A stretch of DNA of 64,000 nucleotides, taken from Spirochaetia bacterium (lineage in GTDB: Bacteria > Spirochaetota > Spirochaetia > SZUA-6 > Bin103). The position numbers and the translations under genes were made by a program. A model generated the notes under the pieces. The model saw nothing but the letters and a program-made list of their open reading frames with translations. It did no database searches and was not told where the DNA came from. This document shows positions 18,591 through 28,515 of the stretch, one piece after another; within the stretch, counting starts at the first letter, position 1; the number at the start of each line of letters is the position of its first letter. The stretch lies in the NCBI GenBank assembly GCA_965203905.1, contig CBDBDQ010000005.1, positions 768,001 through 832,000 of the forward strand, written 5' to 3'.

Positions 18591-18675
18591 GATTGTCACG
18601 ATATTCCGTTGACTCTGTTCCGGCAAGTTGCTGACAGGCCGCGCTCGCTCGCCTATTCTGCAGCGACAGGCGCAG

Positions 18676-19428
18676 ATGCAGAGCATAGTCGCGATTGGAG
18701 GAGGAGACCTCCACACGCTGGCCACCGAGCCGATCGACCGCGCCGTCATCGAGCTTTCCGGACGCGCGTCGCCGAACGTCCTGTTCGTGCCCACCGCGAG
18801 CAGCGACTCGGCCGAGTACTGGGAAGCGTTCGACCACGCCTATCGCACCGTCTACGGCTGTCGCACCGACGTGCTGTTTCTGCTCGGCGCGACGCCTCCC
18901 GCGGAACGGATTGCGGCCAAGGTGCGCTGGGCCGACGTCGTCTACGTGGGCGGCGGCAACACTCTCAAGATGATGCGGCGCTGGCGCCGGCTGGGAGTCG
19001 ACGCGCTGCTGCGGGAAGCCCATGCCGGCGGTACGGTGCTGTGCGGCGTCAGCGCGGGCGCCATCTGCTGGTTCGAGCGCGGCCACAGCGACTCGATGTC
19101 GTTCTATCACCCCGAGGCATGGAGCTACATCGCCGTCACCGGCGTGGGTCTGCTCCCCGGCATGGCATGTCCGCACTACGACGGCCACACCGCCGGCGTG
19201 CCGCGCCGGGACGACTTCCACGCCATGCTGCGCAAGCAGGGCGGCCCCGGCCTGGCGCTGGACGAGCTCTGCGGCGTCGCCTTCGTGGACGCCGAGTACC
19301 GCGTGCTGTCGGCGACCGGCGAGGCTGCCGCGTACACGCACGCGGTCCACCGCGGCCGGGTCGTCGAGCGCCGCCTTCCCGCCAGCCCCGACTTCCGTCC
19401 GGCGACCGAGCTGTTCCGGACCGCGTAG
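18676..19428 (+). CDS. pepE: Peptidase E family (S51, Asp dipeptidase-like)
   Basis: AIGGG, LFVPTASSD, YVGGGNT, nucleophile GVSAGA, CPHY; CTGACA-N17-TATTCT upstream (18631-18659). Confidence 0.85.
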   Translation: MQSIVAIGGGDLHTLATEPIDRAVIELSGRASPNVLFVPTASSDSAEYWEAFDHAYRTVYGCRTDVLFLLGATPPAERIAAKVRWADVVYVGGGNTLKMMRRWRRLGVDALLREAHAGGTVLCGVSAGAICWFERGHSDSMSFYHPEAWSYIAVTGVGLLPGMACPHYDGHTAGVPRRDDFHAMLRKQGGPGLALDELCGVAFVDAEYRVLSATGEAAAYTHAVHRGRVVERRLPASPDFRPATELFRTA

Positions 19429-19556
19429 CGAACCGCCTCCTGTACAACGGCCGCGCCACCAGCGACCACCAGCGCGGAACCCGGTGCCGTGCGGTCCCCC
19501 GGTCGACTATACTGGAGCCCCAAACCCTTCAGCCGACGGCTGGAAAGGAGCAACAT

Positions 19557-20069
19557 ATGGCACGTGGAGTTACCCTCGCAGGAAACCCGCTTACTCTCGC
19601 GGGCGAGGAATTGAGCGTCGGGCAGCAGGCCCCCGACTTCACCCTGCACTACTTCGAAGACGGCATGCACGAGTTGACGCTCGCCGATCTCAAGGGCAAG
19701 CCGACCCTGGTCAGCGTGGTCCCGTCGCTGGACACGCCGGTCTGCGCGACGCAGACCACCCGCTTCAACGAGGAGCTCGCCGCCCTGGGCGACAGCGTCA
19801 ACGCGGTGACGGTGAGCTGCGACCTGCCCTTTGCCCAGGCGCGCTTCTGCGGCGCCGAGGATATCGGCAACATGCGCACCGGAAGCGACTACCGGGAACG
19901 CTCGTTCGGCGCCGACTGGGGCACGCTGATCAATGAGCTGAAGATTCTGGCCCGCGCCGTGTACGTCCTGGATGCCGACGGCAAGGTTGTCTACGGGCAA
20001 CTCGTGCCGGAGGTGACCGAAGAACCGGACTACGCGGCGGCCCTGGCCGCGCTCAAGGGGTTGCTGTAG
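19557..20069 (+). CDS. tpx: Thiol peroxidase (atypical 2-Cys peroxiredoxin)
   Basis: SVVPSLDTPVCATQTTRFN, SCDLPFAQARFCG, EVTEEPDY; AAAGGAG RBS. Confidence 0.95.
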   Translation: MARGVTLAGNPLTLAGEELSVGQQAPDFTLHYFEDGMHELTLADLKGKPTLVSVVPSLDTPVCATQTTRFNEELAALGDSVNAVTVSCDLPFAQARFCGAEDIGNMRTGSDYRERSFGADWGTLINELKILARAVYVLDADGKVVYGQLVPEVTEEPDYAAALAALKGLL

Positions 20070-20090
20070 CAGCGACGCCCCGGTGGGACA

Positions 20091-21086
20091 TCAGCGGGGG
20101 CTGGGCGACGGCGTCAGGCGCGCTCCGCGGCCCGGTTCGCGTTGGCGATGCCGGTCAGCAGGTCCATCGCGTGCAGCGATCGCCTCGGCCTGGTACAGGA
20201 AGCCGTGCTGGTTCGGGTACGAGGTGGGGAGGCTCACCGCCCCCGGCAGCGGGTATTCGAACACCTGCGCCGGCACGTTGTCGGTCTGATACAGGGAGGG
20301 CACTCCGCCCGCTTCCGGCACCCGCACGGTGAGCCGGGTCGGACAGTGGGCGGGCCGCTGCAGCGTGATCCGCCCCTCGCTACCGACGACCTCGGTGGTC
20401 TCGGGTGATTCGCACGCTCGCGGCGGAAAGGTGAGCACCGCGCAGCGGTCGGCGCCGTACTCCGCCACGGCGGCACTGGCGTTGCGTCCGGCGACGGCAA
20501 TCGCGGTGGGTCTGGCCGCGCCGCCGAACCCCAGGGGCGGGGCCTGGATCGCGTAGATGGGGTCGAAGAAGTCGGACTGCACCAGCACCACGTCGCCGAT
20601 GGCGCCCTCCTCGATGAGGAAGCGGGCGTGCTCCACCGCCGGGAAGTAGCGCGTCCACATGCCGTCCTGCAGCATCACGCCGCGCGCATCCGCTGCCGCG
20701 TACATGGCGCGCGCGTCGGCCGCGGTCTCCGCCAGCGGCTTCTCGCACAGCACGTGCTTGCCGGCGGCGAGCGCCAGCAGCGTGTGCTCGCGGTGCAGCC
20801 GGTTGATGGTCCCGACGTAGACGATGTCCACCTCCGAAGACGCCGCCAGCTCAGCGTAACCGGCGCAGGCCGTGGCGATTCCGTGCCGCCGCGCGAACCG
20901 GCGCGCACGTTCCGGATCGCGGGCGGCCACCGCGGTCACGCTGGCTCCCGGACACGCCGCCAGGCTCGCCACCCACTGCGCCGAAATGCTTCCCGTGCCG
21001 ATGATCCCCCAGCGCAACGGATGCGCGACGTCGGCGGCGTCGGTCAGCCCTAGACGCAGGTCCAGCGGGATCGCAGCGGCCCTCAC
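20091..21086 (-). pseudogene. Gfo/Idh/MocA oxidoreductase with apparent C-terminal deletion and frameshift
   Basis: LRWGIIGTG, KHVLCEKP, MWTRYFP; after YQAEA the plausible C-terminal helix SLHAMDLLTGIAN..ERA* continues in another frame (stop at 20114); GTG 21086 overlaps the GH116 stop. Confidence 0.7.
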
Positions 21087-23743
21087 GTCGCGCACTCCAC
21101 GACCAGTTCCTGCCCCGCGGCCAGCGTCACCCGGTCCGGGAACGCCACGCTGCGCCCGCCGGCGTGCTGCACCCGCACCGGCGTGGCGGGCACCTCCGGA
21201 TCCGCCGATCGCAGGGTAGCGCCGGTCACCCGGTCCGCCCGCTTGGACGGGACGCGCAGCGTGCTCAGCGTGAGCGCGCCGGCCAGCAGCGCCAGGGCGA
21301 GCCGGTCCGGCGCCATGGCGAAGGTGCCCCAGCCGCAATCCAGCGACCACACGGTACGGTAGCCCTCCTCCGGCGCCTGCAGCGGGTCGAAGCCGATCAT
21401 GCCGTGCACCATGTCGTATTCGAAGCCGCTGAAGGTGGGGATCAGCGACCAGGCCGCCATCGAGCGGGCGTAGTTGGAACCGCACTCGAACTCGTTCCAG
21501 GGGTTGCGCCGGGCGCCGTCGTAGCGGTCGCGGATCGCCGCCACCGCGCTCAGCCCCTCCTCTACCAGCCCCTCCTGAATCATCAGGATCGCTGCCTGGT
21601 ACTCGTACCCGTTCTGGGTCTCGCCGGCGTAGGGCAGCGGCACCACCGGCCGGTAGGTGCCCTGCGGCCAGTCGCTGATCACCAGGCCCCCTTCCCCGTT
21701 CATGCAGTAGATGCGGCAGGCGTTGAAGAAGTCGCGCATCGAACCCTTGAAGTTGTTGCGGTATAGCGAGCGCAGCGCCGTACGCCGTTGCTCCGGGTCG
21801 AACAGGTTGCCCAGGCCGCACAGGTTGGCGTGCCACTGAGCGTTCAGCTGATCGATCTCCGAGCCCTCGGCGATCTGGTACTTGATCTCGCCCGCCTCCT
21901 CGTTCCAGTAGGTGGCGACGACGTCGGGGTCGGAGGGCAGAAACCGCTCCAGGATCGAGCGGTCGCGCACGTCGATCTGCTGGTGATACCAGGAGCCGTT
22001 GAACAGGTGCTCGTCCACCCAGCGCCGGCCGCGCTGGAACAGGCGCCGATACTCGCCGGCGGTCTCCACCTCGCCGAGATGTTCCGCCATCTCCGCGCCC
22101 GCCTTGAGGGCACCGAGGTAGAAGCCGGTGAGCCAGGAGTTGGGGCCGAACAGCTCCATGTCCAGGGTATGGTGCTGGCGGCCTTCCAGGACGCCGTCGC
22201 GGTCGGCGTCCCAGCGGTCCTCGTTGCTCTCCGCCCAGGCGAACTCGATCGACTTCTTCACCGCGGGCCAGAGGCGCCGCAGCCAGTCGCTGTCGCCACA
22301 GATCTTCCAGTCGCGGTAGGTCTTGATCACGCCGCCGAACTGGCCGTCCGCGCAGGGCCGGAAGGGGGTGCGCTCCGCGCCGAGCGGCAGCCGCAGGCGG
22401 AACCCCATGCCGCCGTCCGGGCGCTGGTTGTAGGTGAAGTCGAGGTCGCGCATCGACCGCTCCAGCTTCGGAAACAGGAACGGCAACGCGTAGGCGTAGT
22501 TCCAGACGTGGGTGCAGGAGCCCTCGCAGCAGCCTTCTTCCGGTCGCAGTCCCTCGAAGCCGTAGAACGATCCGTCGGTGAGGCGCAGGCAGGTAGGGGT
22601 CTTCAGCACCGCCAGGTTGGCCGCGGCCGCCTCCAGCGCGGCGGGCGGCAGGGTGGAGCCGTACAACGCCTCCTTGAACCGCACCGTCTCGCCGTACAGG
22701 CGGTCCCAGTGCCGCAGGGCGTAGCGGGCGCTGGCGGCGGAGTCCTCGAACAGCGTGGCGTAGTAGTTCTTCCAGGTCGGCGGCGTGGCCGGGGCCTCGC
22801 GCTCCGCGCCGGACGCCCAGTACTTGGCGAAGTTGGGAAAGCTCCAGGAGATGACGAAGCGCACGCCGCGCTCGGCGCCCGGCTCCAGGTCGAAGGAGGC
22901 TCCCAGCGTGCCGGTGTCGCCGCTCTCGAAGCGGACCCTGCCCGGTGCGGCCTCACCATGAGAATAGCGGCGCTCCGGCATCGGACCGGGCGCGGCGAAC
23001 TCGCGCCAGTACACCTCCAGGCTGTCGAACCAGGCGCCGCGGAACCAGCATTCCTGGGCCCACACCTCCGCGCCGCAGGCGGCGGCATCGGTGGCCACGC
23101 ACAGGTCGCCGCGCGCGGGGTCGTCGTCCGCCTCCCCGGTGCGGCTCAGCTTGAGCGTCGCCGGGCCGTCCGCGTGGCCGGCGGCCGGCTCGAAGGCGTT
23201 GCGGCTGGCGCCCAGCGGCGCCGGGTTGGACAGCGACATCGCCACCGTGTAGCGCACCGCCGCGCTGTCGGTGTTGCGTACCTGAATCTCGAAGAACGCC
23301 GCGGGAATGCTGGAGTCGCGGTCGTTGAGGGGAATGAACGGGTTGAACGCGGTAATCGCCACGGCTCCGGGGAACGCCGCGCAGGAAAACTCCAGGTGCG
23401 CGAGCGGAAACTCGCCGCGGAACGTCACCTCCTCCATGTGCGGTGCGCCGGCCATGCGCCCGCGCTGCGGGCCGAAGCCGAACCGTTCGGCGGCGCCCTC
23501 CATCAGTTCGCCGGTATGCTCGGTGGTCAGGTCGCCGTTGAGGACGCGCGCGTCGAGCAGCCGCCCGTCGCGTTCCGCCTTTACGGCGAAGTGGCTGTAG
23601 CCGTTGATGCTGCCCTTGTTGGGGCGGTTGAAGATCTCCCAGTCGATCAGCCGGCCGCTGCCGGCCAAGCCGATGCAGCCGCTGCCGATGCCCCCGAGCG
23701 GAAACGAGATCTGGTTCAGGCGATCGCCGGTGTACACACCCAT
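21083..23743 (-). CDS. GH116 family beta-glycosidase (non-lysosomal glucosylceramidase-like)
   Basis: FPLGGIGSG, DWEIFNRP, FYGFEG..GSCTHVWNY, CADGQFG, HHTLD, RNPWNEFECGSNYARSM. Confidence 0.92.
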   Translation of the reverse strand: MGVYTGDRLNQISFPLGGIGSGCIGLAGSGRLIDWEIFNRPNKGSINGYSHFAVKAERDGRLLDARVLNGDLTTEHTGELMEGAAERFGFGPQRGRMAGAPHMEEVTFRGEFPLAHLEFSCAAFPGAVAITAFNPFIPLNDRDSSIPAAFFEIQVRNTDSAAVRYTVAMSLSNPAPLGASRNAFEPAAGHADGPATLKLSRTGEADDDPARGDLCVATDAAACGAEVWAQECWFRGAWFDSLEVYWREFAAPGPMPERRYSHGEAAPGRVRFESGDTGTLGASFDLEPGAERGVRFVISWSFPNFAKYWASGAEREAPATPPTWKNYYATLFEDSAASARYALRHWDRLYGETVRFKEALYGSTLPPAALEAAAANLAVLKTPTCLRLTDGSFYGFEGLRPEEGCCEGSCTHVWNYAYALPFLFPKLERSMRDLDFTYNQRPDGGMGFRLRLPLGAERTPFRPCADGQFGGVIKTYRDWKICGDSDWLRRLWPAVKKSIEFAWAESNEDRWDADRDGVLEGRQHHTLDMELFGPNSWLTGFYLGALKAGAEMAEHLGEVETAGEYRRLFQRGRRWVDEHLFNGSWYHQQIDVRDRSILERFLPSDPDVVATYWNEEAGEIKYQIAEGSEIDQLNAQWHANLCGLGNLFDPEQRRTALRSLYRNNFKGSMRDFFNACRIYCMNGEGGLVISDWPQGTYRPVVPLPYAGETQNGYEYQAAILMIQEGLVEEGLSAVAAIRDRYDGARRNPWNEFECGSNYARSMAAWSLIPTFSGFEYDMVHGMIGFDPLQAPEEGYRTVWSLDCGWGTFAMAPDRLALALLAGALTLSTLRVPSKRADRVTGATLRSADPEVPATPVRVQHAGGRSVAFPDRVTLAAGQELVVECAT

Positions 23744-23900
23744 GTTCTTCCACCGTAGTGCGCACTGTGAAGCCGTGTCGAGCCGGCTCGATCATGCCGG
23801 AATCATGCGACCGTGACGGCGGCTGTCGGGTTGACAGAAGCCGCGCCGCGGGGACACACAAGGTGAGGATGCGCCTCTTCGACACCGCGGCGCCGGTCCC

Positions 23901-25355
23901 ATGACACGGCACAAGAGCGTGCTGCTGCTCTGTGCGGACATGGCTTCGGCGGTGCACTTCTCCTGCTACGGCGGCCCCGCCGGCCTGACGCCTGCGATCG
24001 ATTCATTGGCGGCGAACGGGATCCGCTTCAGCAACGCCTACTGCGCCTGCCCGCCGTGCATCCCCGCACGGGTGTCGATGATGTGCGGCCAGTACGGACA
24101 CACCCATGGCAAGTCCGCACACCTGAAGATGCCGCTCGCACCGCAGCCGGCGCTCCTGCCCGGGATACTCGCGGCGAACGGCTACCGCACCGGGATCGTG
24201 GGCAAGACGCATTGGTGGCCGCCCAACTCAAACCTGGGGTGCCAGGACACGTTTCTGACCATCGACAACCACCTGTCCCCCGAACTGGGAGAGCAGGACG
24301 CGTACCTGCGCTTTCTCCGCGAACAGGGGCTGTTCCGCTACGATCCGGCCACCTGGATCGAAGAAAAGGATCGGGTCGAGGCGCGGAACCTCCCATTCAG
24401 TTGCAGCAAGGTCAATTGGACCGGCGATACCGCGTGCCGTCTACTCGAAGACTACGCCGGGAGAGACGATCCGTTCTTCCTGTTCTGCTCCTTCGTGGAG
24501 CCGCACGGCGGTTCGAGAGACGCGCTGAGGAACGCCCCGGAGGCGCTGCGATCGCGCCTGGAAGCAATCCGCCTGCCCCCGATCATTGAAGACTCCGGCG
24601 AACACAAGCCGGCACCTCAGCAGCGCGCCGTACGAGAGCTGTCGAACAGACCGGCGCACGAAAAGGAGGAGTACCGGCGCAACGTATGCAACGACATCGC
24701 CATGGTGGACCGCAACATCGGCAAGGTTCTGCGCAAGGTGAACGACCTCGGCCTGGGCGATGACCTGCTGGTCCTGTTCACCACCGACCACGGCGACCTC
24801 ATGTTCGACCACGGTTGCATCGAAAAGACGATTCTCTACGAACGGTCGATACGGGTTCCCTTCATCATGAGCGGTCCCGATGTGCCATCCGGCGAATCAA
24901 GACGCCAGCTCGCGAGTCACATCGATCTCCTGCCGACCTTGCTCGACTGCGTGGCGATTCCCGAGCGGCCCGAGTGGAACATCGAAGGGCGCAGCCTGCT
25001 GCCGGTAGTGCGAGACGCCGGAGAGAAGGGCCGGGAGTACCTCTACTGCGAGTCCGACCAGACGCTCCATCTCCGTCACCTGGTGCAGAGCTGCCAATCC
25101 AAGGTCGTGCGGCACGGGGACCTGAAATACATCTACACGCTGGTGGACGGCCGTCATGAGTACGAGGAGCTGTACGATCTGGCCGCGGACCCCGAGGAAC
25201 TGGAAAACCTGGTTCCGTCCGGCCGCCTCGGAGTCGCGCGGGAACACCTTCGCCGGGAGCTGCTCCGCTGGCTGACTGCCACCGAGATCAGTCGCCTGCA
25301 TCCGGTCCCTGAGAATCACTACCAGGTGCCCCGGATCGCCAGGAAGTACTTGTAG
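23901..25355 (+). CDS. Cys-type sulfatase
   Basis: TPAIDSLA, CIPAR motif, VGKTH, EPH, FTTDHGD, LYERSIRVP, EELYDLAADPEE. Confidence 0.9.
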   Translation: MTRHKSVLLLCADMASAVHFSCYGGPAGLTPAIDSLAANGIRFSNAYCACPPCIPARVSMMCGQYGHTHGKSAHLKMPLAPQPALLPGILAANGYRTGIVGKTHWWPPNSNLGCQDTFLTIDNHLSPELGEQDAYLRFLREQGLFRYDPATWIEEKDRVEARNLPFSCSKVNWTGDTACRLLEDYAGRDDPFFLFCSFVEPHGGSRDALRNAPEALRSRLEAIRLPPIIEDSGEHKPAPQQRAVRELSNRPAHEKEEYRRNVCNDIAMVDRNIGKVLRKVNDLGLGDDLLVLFTTDHGDLMFDHGCIEKTILYERSIRVPFIMSGPDVPSGESRRQLASHIDLLPTLLDCVAIPERPEWNIEGRSLLPVVRDAGEKGREYLYCESDQTLHLRHLVQSCQSKVVRHGDLKYIYTLVDGRHEYEELYDLAADPEELENLVPSGRLGVAREHLRRELLRWLTATEISRLHPVPENHYQVPRIARKYL

Positions 25356-25388
25356 CGCAGGCGCCGGCGAGGTCGCCGCGGGCGGGCG

Positions 25389-26447
25389 CTACGCGCTTGC
25401 CCGGTAGTCGGGGTCGACGTACGGAGCCGCGCCCGCGGGCAGTGGCGGCGTGAAGAAGTAGCTGGAATCGCGCCGCTGGCGCCGCACGGTGTCCACCAGT
25501 TCCTTCCAGGTGGCGAGCAGGCCCTTTGATGCAATCGGCAAGTCCCAGCCGATGGCCTGGCGCAGCTTCGGGAGGTTGTAGTAGGGCACCGCGGCGTACA
25601 TGTGGTGCTCCACGTGGTACTGCAGGTTCCAGTAGAAGAAGGCGGAGATCGGATCGCCGAGGTAGGTTCGGGTGTTCTGCCGCCAGTCTGCCACGTCGGG
25701 GCGCATGCCGATGTGCTGCGGGGAATGGGTGAGCACCCGGTACCACTGGTTGGCGAACGGGGCCAACTGCACCAGGACGACGAGATACCAGTTCCCGCTC
25801 GCGACGAACAGCACGAGCAACGCCGCGTGGACCAGCACCGTGAAGCGGGCGAACCGCCGCAGCGCACGAATCCCCTGCGCATCGTCCCGCGGGAAAATCC
25901 GGCGCTCCCACTCGGCGGTGAACATCCTGTTCCAGTCCCCCCGGAAGGCCCAGCGAAGCTGCTGCTTCACGAGACCGTAGAGGCCGGGAACGTTGAGGGT
26001 AAGGACCCAGAGCAGGTTCTTCCAGCGCAGCGGGTCGCCGGGCAGGACGACCTCCATCTCGTGCTCGTGATGGGTCGTGTAGCGGTGATGAGCGCCGTGG
26101 CTGTGACGCATGTGCACGCCGTTCTTCCAGTTCAGCAGGCAGGCGATCGCGTAGAAGAACTCGTTGAGCCAGCGCGCCTTGAACACCGTCTTGTGGGACA
26201 GCTCATGATGGCCGGCGCTGCCGTAGTGCCCGAAGAAGGTGGTGTGAACGAACAGGGTCAGCACGACCAGCGGCCAGCTCCAGTGGTGGAAGGCGTGCAG
26301 CGCGAGGGCGGCCGTCGCCGCCATGAATCCGAGCTGACCGAGGTTGTCCACCAGCGGGCGCAGATTGCGCCGCCGGTTCAGCTCGGCGAGCAGGCCCTTG
26401 TCGATCGGCGTCCGGTGCCACGGAATCTTTACGGCGGCCGTCTGCAT
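25389..26447 (-). CDS. Fatty acid desaturase family protein
   Basis: His boxes HELSH, HGAHH, QH, YHVEHH. Confidence 0.87.
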   Translation of the reverse strand: MQTAAVKIPWHRTPIDKGLLAELNRRRNLRPLVDNLGQLGFMAATAALALHAFHHWSWPLVVLTLFVHTTFFGHYGSAGHHELSHKTVFKARWLNEFFYAIACLLNWKNGVHMRHSHGAHHRYTTHHEHEMEVVLPGDPLRWKNLLWVLTLNVPGLYGLVKQQLRWAFRGDWNRMFTAEWERRIFPRDDAQGIRALRRFARFTVLVHAALLVLFVASGNWYLVVLVQLAPFANQWYRVLTHSPQHIGMRPDVADWRQNTRTYLGDPISAFFYWNLQYHVEHHMYAAVPYYNLPKLRQAIGWDLPIASKGLLATWKELVDTVRRQRRDSSYFFTPPLPAGAAPYVDPDYRASA

Positions 26448-26522
26448 TGATCCGGACCTATCCTAATGCAGCGCGGTCGCTTCGTCATCAGGTCCGGTGC
26501 GTCCGATTGCGTCCGGTGCTTG

Positions 26523-27890
26523 CTACCAGGTGACGTAGTGCGGTGACGGGCCGAGGCGCTGCAGGTGGGCCGGCAGCAGCTCGTTCGGCATTCCGTGGAG
26601 TTGGTCCGCGGCGAGCCTGGAGCAGATCATGCTGTTGCGGTACTTGCGCGCCTGCTTCAGGTCGGTTGACCGAACCTGTCCCGTCCACTTCACCTCAATC
26701 GGCCGGAACGTCGAGCCTTCGACACAGGCGATGTCGACTTCGCCTTCGCCCTTGATGTAGTAGGTGGGATGCAAGCGGTGGTGATGCGCGGACGCGCATG
26801 CTTCTGCGAGCTTGCCGGCCCACTCCCGGTTGGCGGTCATCGTTGTCACCTGGGAGACAAACGGATCGTCCACCGGTTCGATCCAGCTCCGCAGGGCGTG
26901 GAAGATGAACGGGTCGCAGAACACCACCTTGCGCGCCTTCTTCGGGGCGGCCGCAAGCCGGTCTTCACGCAGCGCGTGCTGGATGATGAGCACGTCCATC
27001 TGCGCCAGCAGTTGCAGGTAGTCGGCCACCGTCATGGGATGATCGATCGACAGGTCCGCCGCCAGGCCGGGCCACGTCACCTGGCTTCCGTAGCGCCGGA
27101 TGACGCTGCTGACGACTTCCGCGAGGAAGCGCTCCTGCTTGCCGCGTTTGAGCATGTCCCCCCGAACCCAGTCGCCGTAGACGGCGAATGTCGCCGGGAG
27201 AATACGCCCATGCGCCTCCAGGTCATTGATCGCGGTGAGGTATCCTCCATGCATCAGGTAGTGCTCGAACGCATCGACCAGGGTCTCCATGGAGGAGAGG
27301 TCCGCGTGCGCGGTGCGCCTCGTCCCGAGACCGAGGTACTCGGCAAAGGACAGCGGGTAGAGATGAAAGTCGACCCGCGCCGCGCGCCCCCGGCGACCGG
27401 GGAGTCTGGCACGAGCCTCGCGGATGACGACGGAGTCGGAGCCGGTCAGGACCAGCACCACGTCGTCGAGCAGCCCCGCGTCGGCCAGGTACTTGACGCC
27501 GCGATCCCAGTCCCGGATGTAGGTGACCTCGTCCACCAGCAGGTACGCCGGCCGGGAGGGAGACCGTTCCGGCGTTATCCTGCCCAGCAGAGAGACCAGC
27601 GCGTGGTGGTCATCGATCAGTTCGCCGGTCAGGTAGAGAATGCGCTGCGGCGGTACTCCCGAATCCAGCAGATCGGCCATCCACTGCTTGAGCACCGTGG
27701 ACTTTCCCACGCGCCGTCCCCCGGTGATCGAGTACACGCCGGGCTGGTCTACCGGCAGGTGCTCCAGCATCGGATAGCGGTAGGCAATAGGGAGCCGCTG
27801 CAGCTCCCGAAGCTGCGGGTCCATCCGGCGGAACAACTCGGGATCGTCGAGATGAAGGTTGTGCGGCGCAAAGCGCGGATCGCCGATCAT
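26523..27890 (-). CDS. AAA+ ATPase (AAA_14 with DUF4143 and C-terminal nuclease-like domain)
   Basis: Walker A GGRRVGKST, Walker B LLVDEV, LTGS, HGGY, RKVVFCDP, C-terminal EVD..IEVK. Confidence 0.87.
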   Translation of the reverse strand: MIGDPRFAPHNLHLDDPELFRRMDPQLRELQRLPIAYRYPMLEHLPVDQPGVYSITGGRRVGKSTVLKQWMADLLDSGVPPQRILYLTGELIDDHHALVSLLGRITPERSPSRPAYLLVDEVTYIRDWDRGVKYLADAGLLDDVVLVLTGSDSVVIREARARLPGRRGRAARVDFHLYPLSFAEYLGLGTRRTAHADLSSMETLVDAFEHYLMHGGYLTAINDLEAHGRILPATFAVYGDWVRGDMLKRGKQERFLAEVVSSVIRRYGSQVTWPGLAADLSIDHPMTVADYLQLLAQMDVLIIQHALREDRLAAAPKKARKVVFCDPFIFHALRSWIEPVDDPFVSQVTTMTANREWAGKLAEACASAHHHRLHPTYYIKGEGEVDIACVEGSTFRPIEVKWTGQVRSTDLKQARKYRNSMICSRLAADQLHGMPNELLPAHLQRLGPSPHYVTW

Positions 27891-27895
27891 TCCGA

Positions 27896-27919
27896 TTTAC
27901 ATGATATCAATTATGTAAA
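27896..27919. promoter_or_regulatory. AT-rich inverted repeat directly upstream of the ATPase start
   Basis: TTTACATGAT-N4-ATTATGTAAA (10-bp arms, one mismatch), 5 nt from the ATG. Confidence 0.55.
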
Positions 27920-28332
27920 ATAACACAACGTACGTTGTGTATCCGGATTCCGGCGTCACGGATCCGGAGGTCAGATCAGGGCCCGCGGTTAGACAGCTTC
28001 ATCGATCGCGATACTGAGCCTGCGCTGCATCAGTCACACGTATACTGCACGTACTGCACGTCCAACATGCCGTCGAGCCCGAACCGTGTCGCCGAAGCGC
28101 CGGAGTCAGCGCAGCGCCGACGTGGAGTCGAATGCCCCACTCATGGCCCAGAGTCGCCTGGTGGCCACGGGCGTGTCGGGTACGGCCAGCTCTACCGGCC
28201 GACCCATCCCCAACCCAAGCCGCGCCGTTGAGTGCCTCGATCAGACGGCAGCCAGCCGGCTTCCAATTCTGATCCTGTTTGTCGCGGCGTCCTCTCCTTG
28301 ATTGTCGCGCGCCAGCTTGCATACGTGTCAGC

Positions 28333-28348
28333 AGCATGCTAGCATGCT
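28333..28348. promoter_or_regulatory. 16-bp perfect palindrome upstream of the ABC operon (candidate operator)
   Basis: AGCATGCTAGCATGCT. Confidence 0.45.
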
Positions 28349-28515
28349 AGCGTGCCGCGCAAGAAATCAGCAATCAGCATTGAGGAGGATTGAATCGCAA
28401 ACACGATAACCTGACGTGCACGAGTCACGTTCCAGCCCATCCCGGCGGCAACATTCCGTGCCGCTATGGCTGTCCGCGCAACGCAGCGGAACCACTCCGG
28501 AGGGAGTTATTCAAT

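Noticed and set aside
27935-28330. Short ORFs and a 9-bp tandem repeat (TACTGCACG x2) between the ATPase and the ABC operon
   Set aside because: No recognisable motif, RBS or consistent codon bias; probably degraded intergenic DNA.
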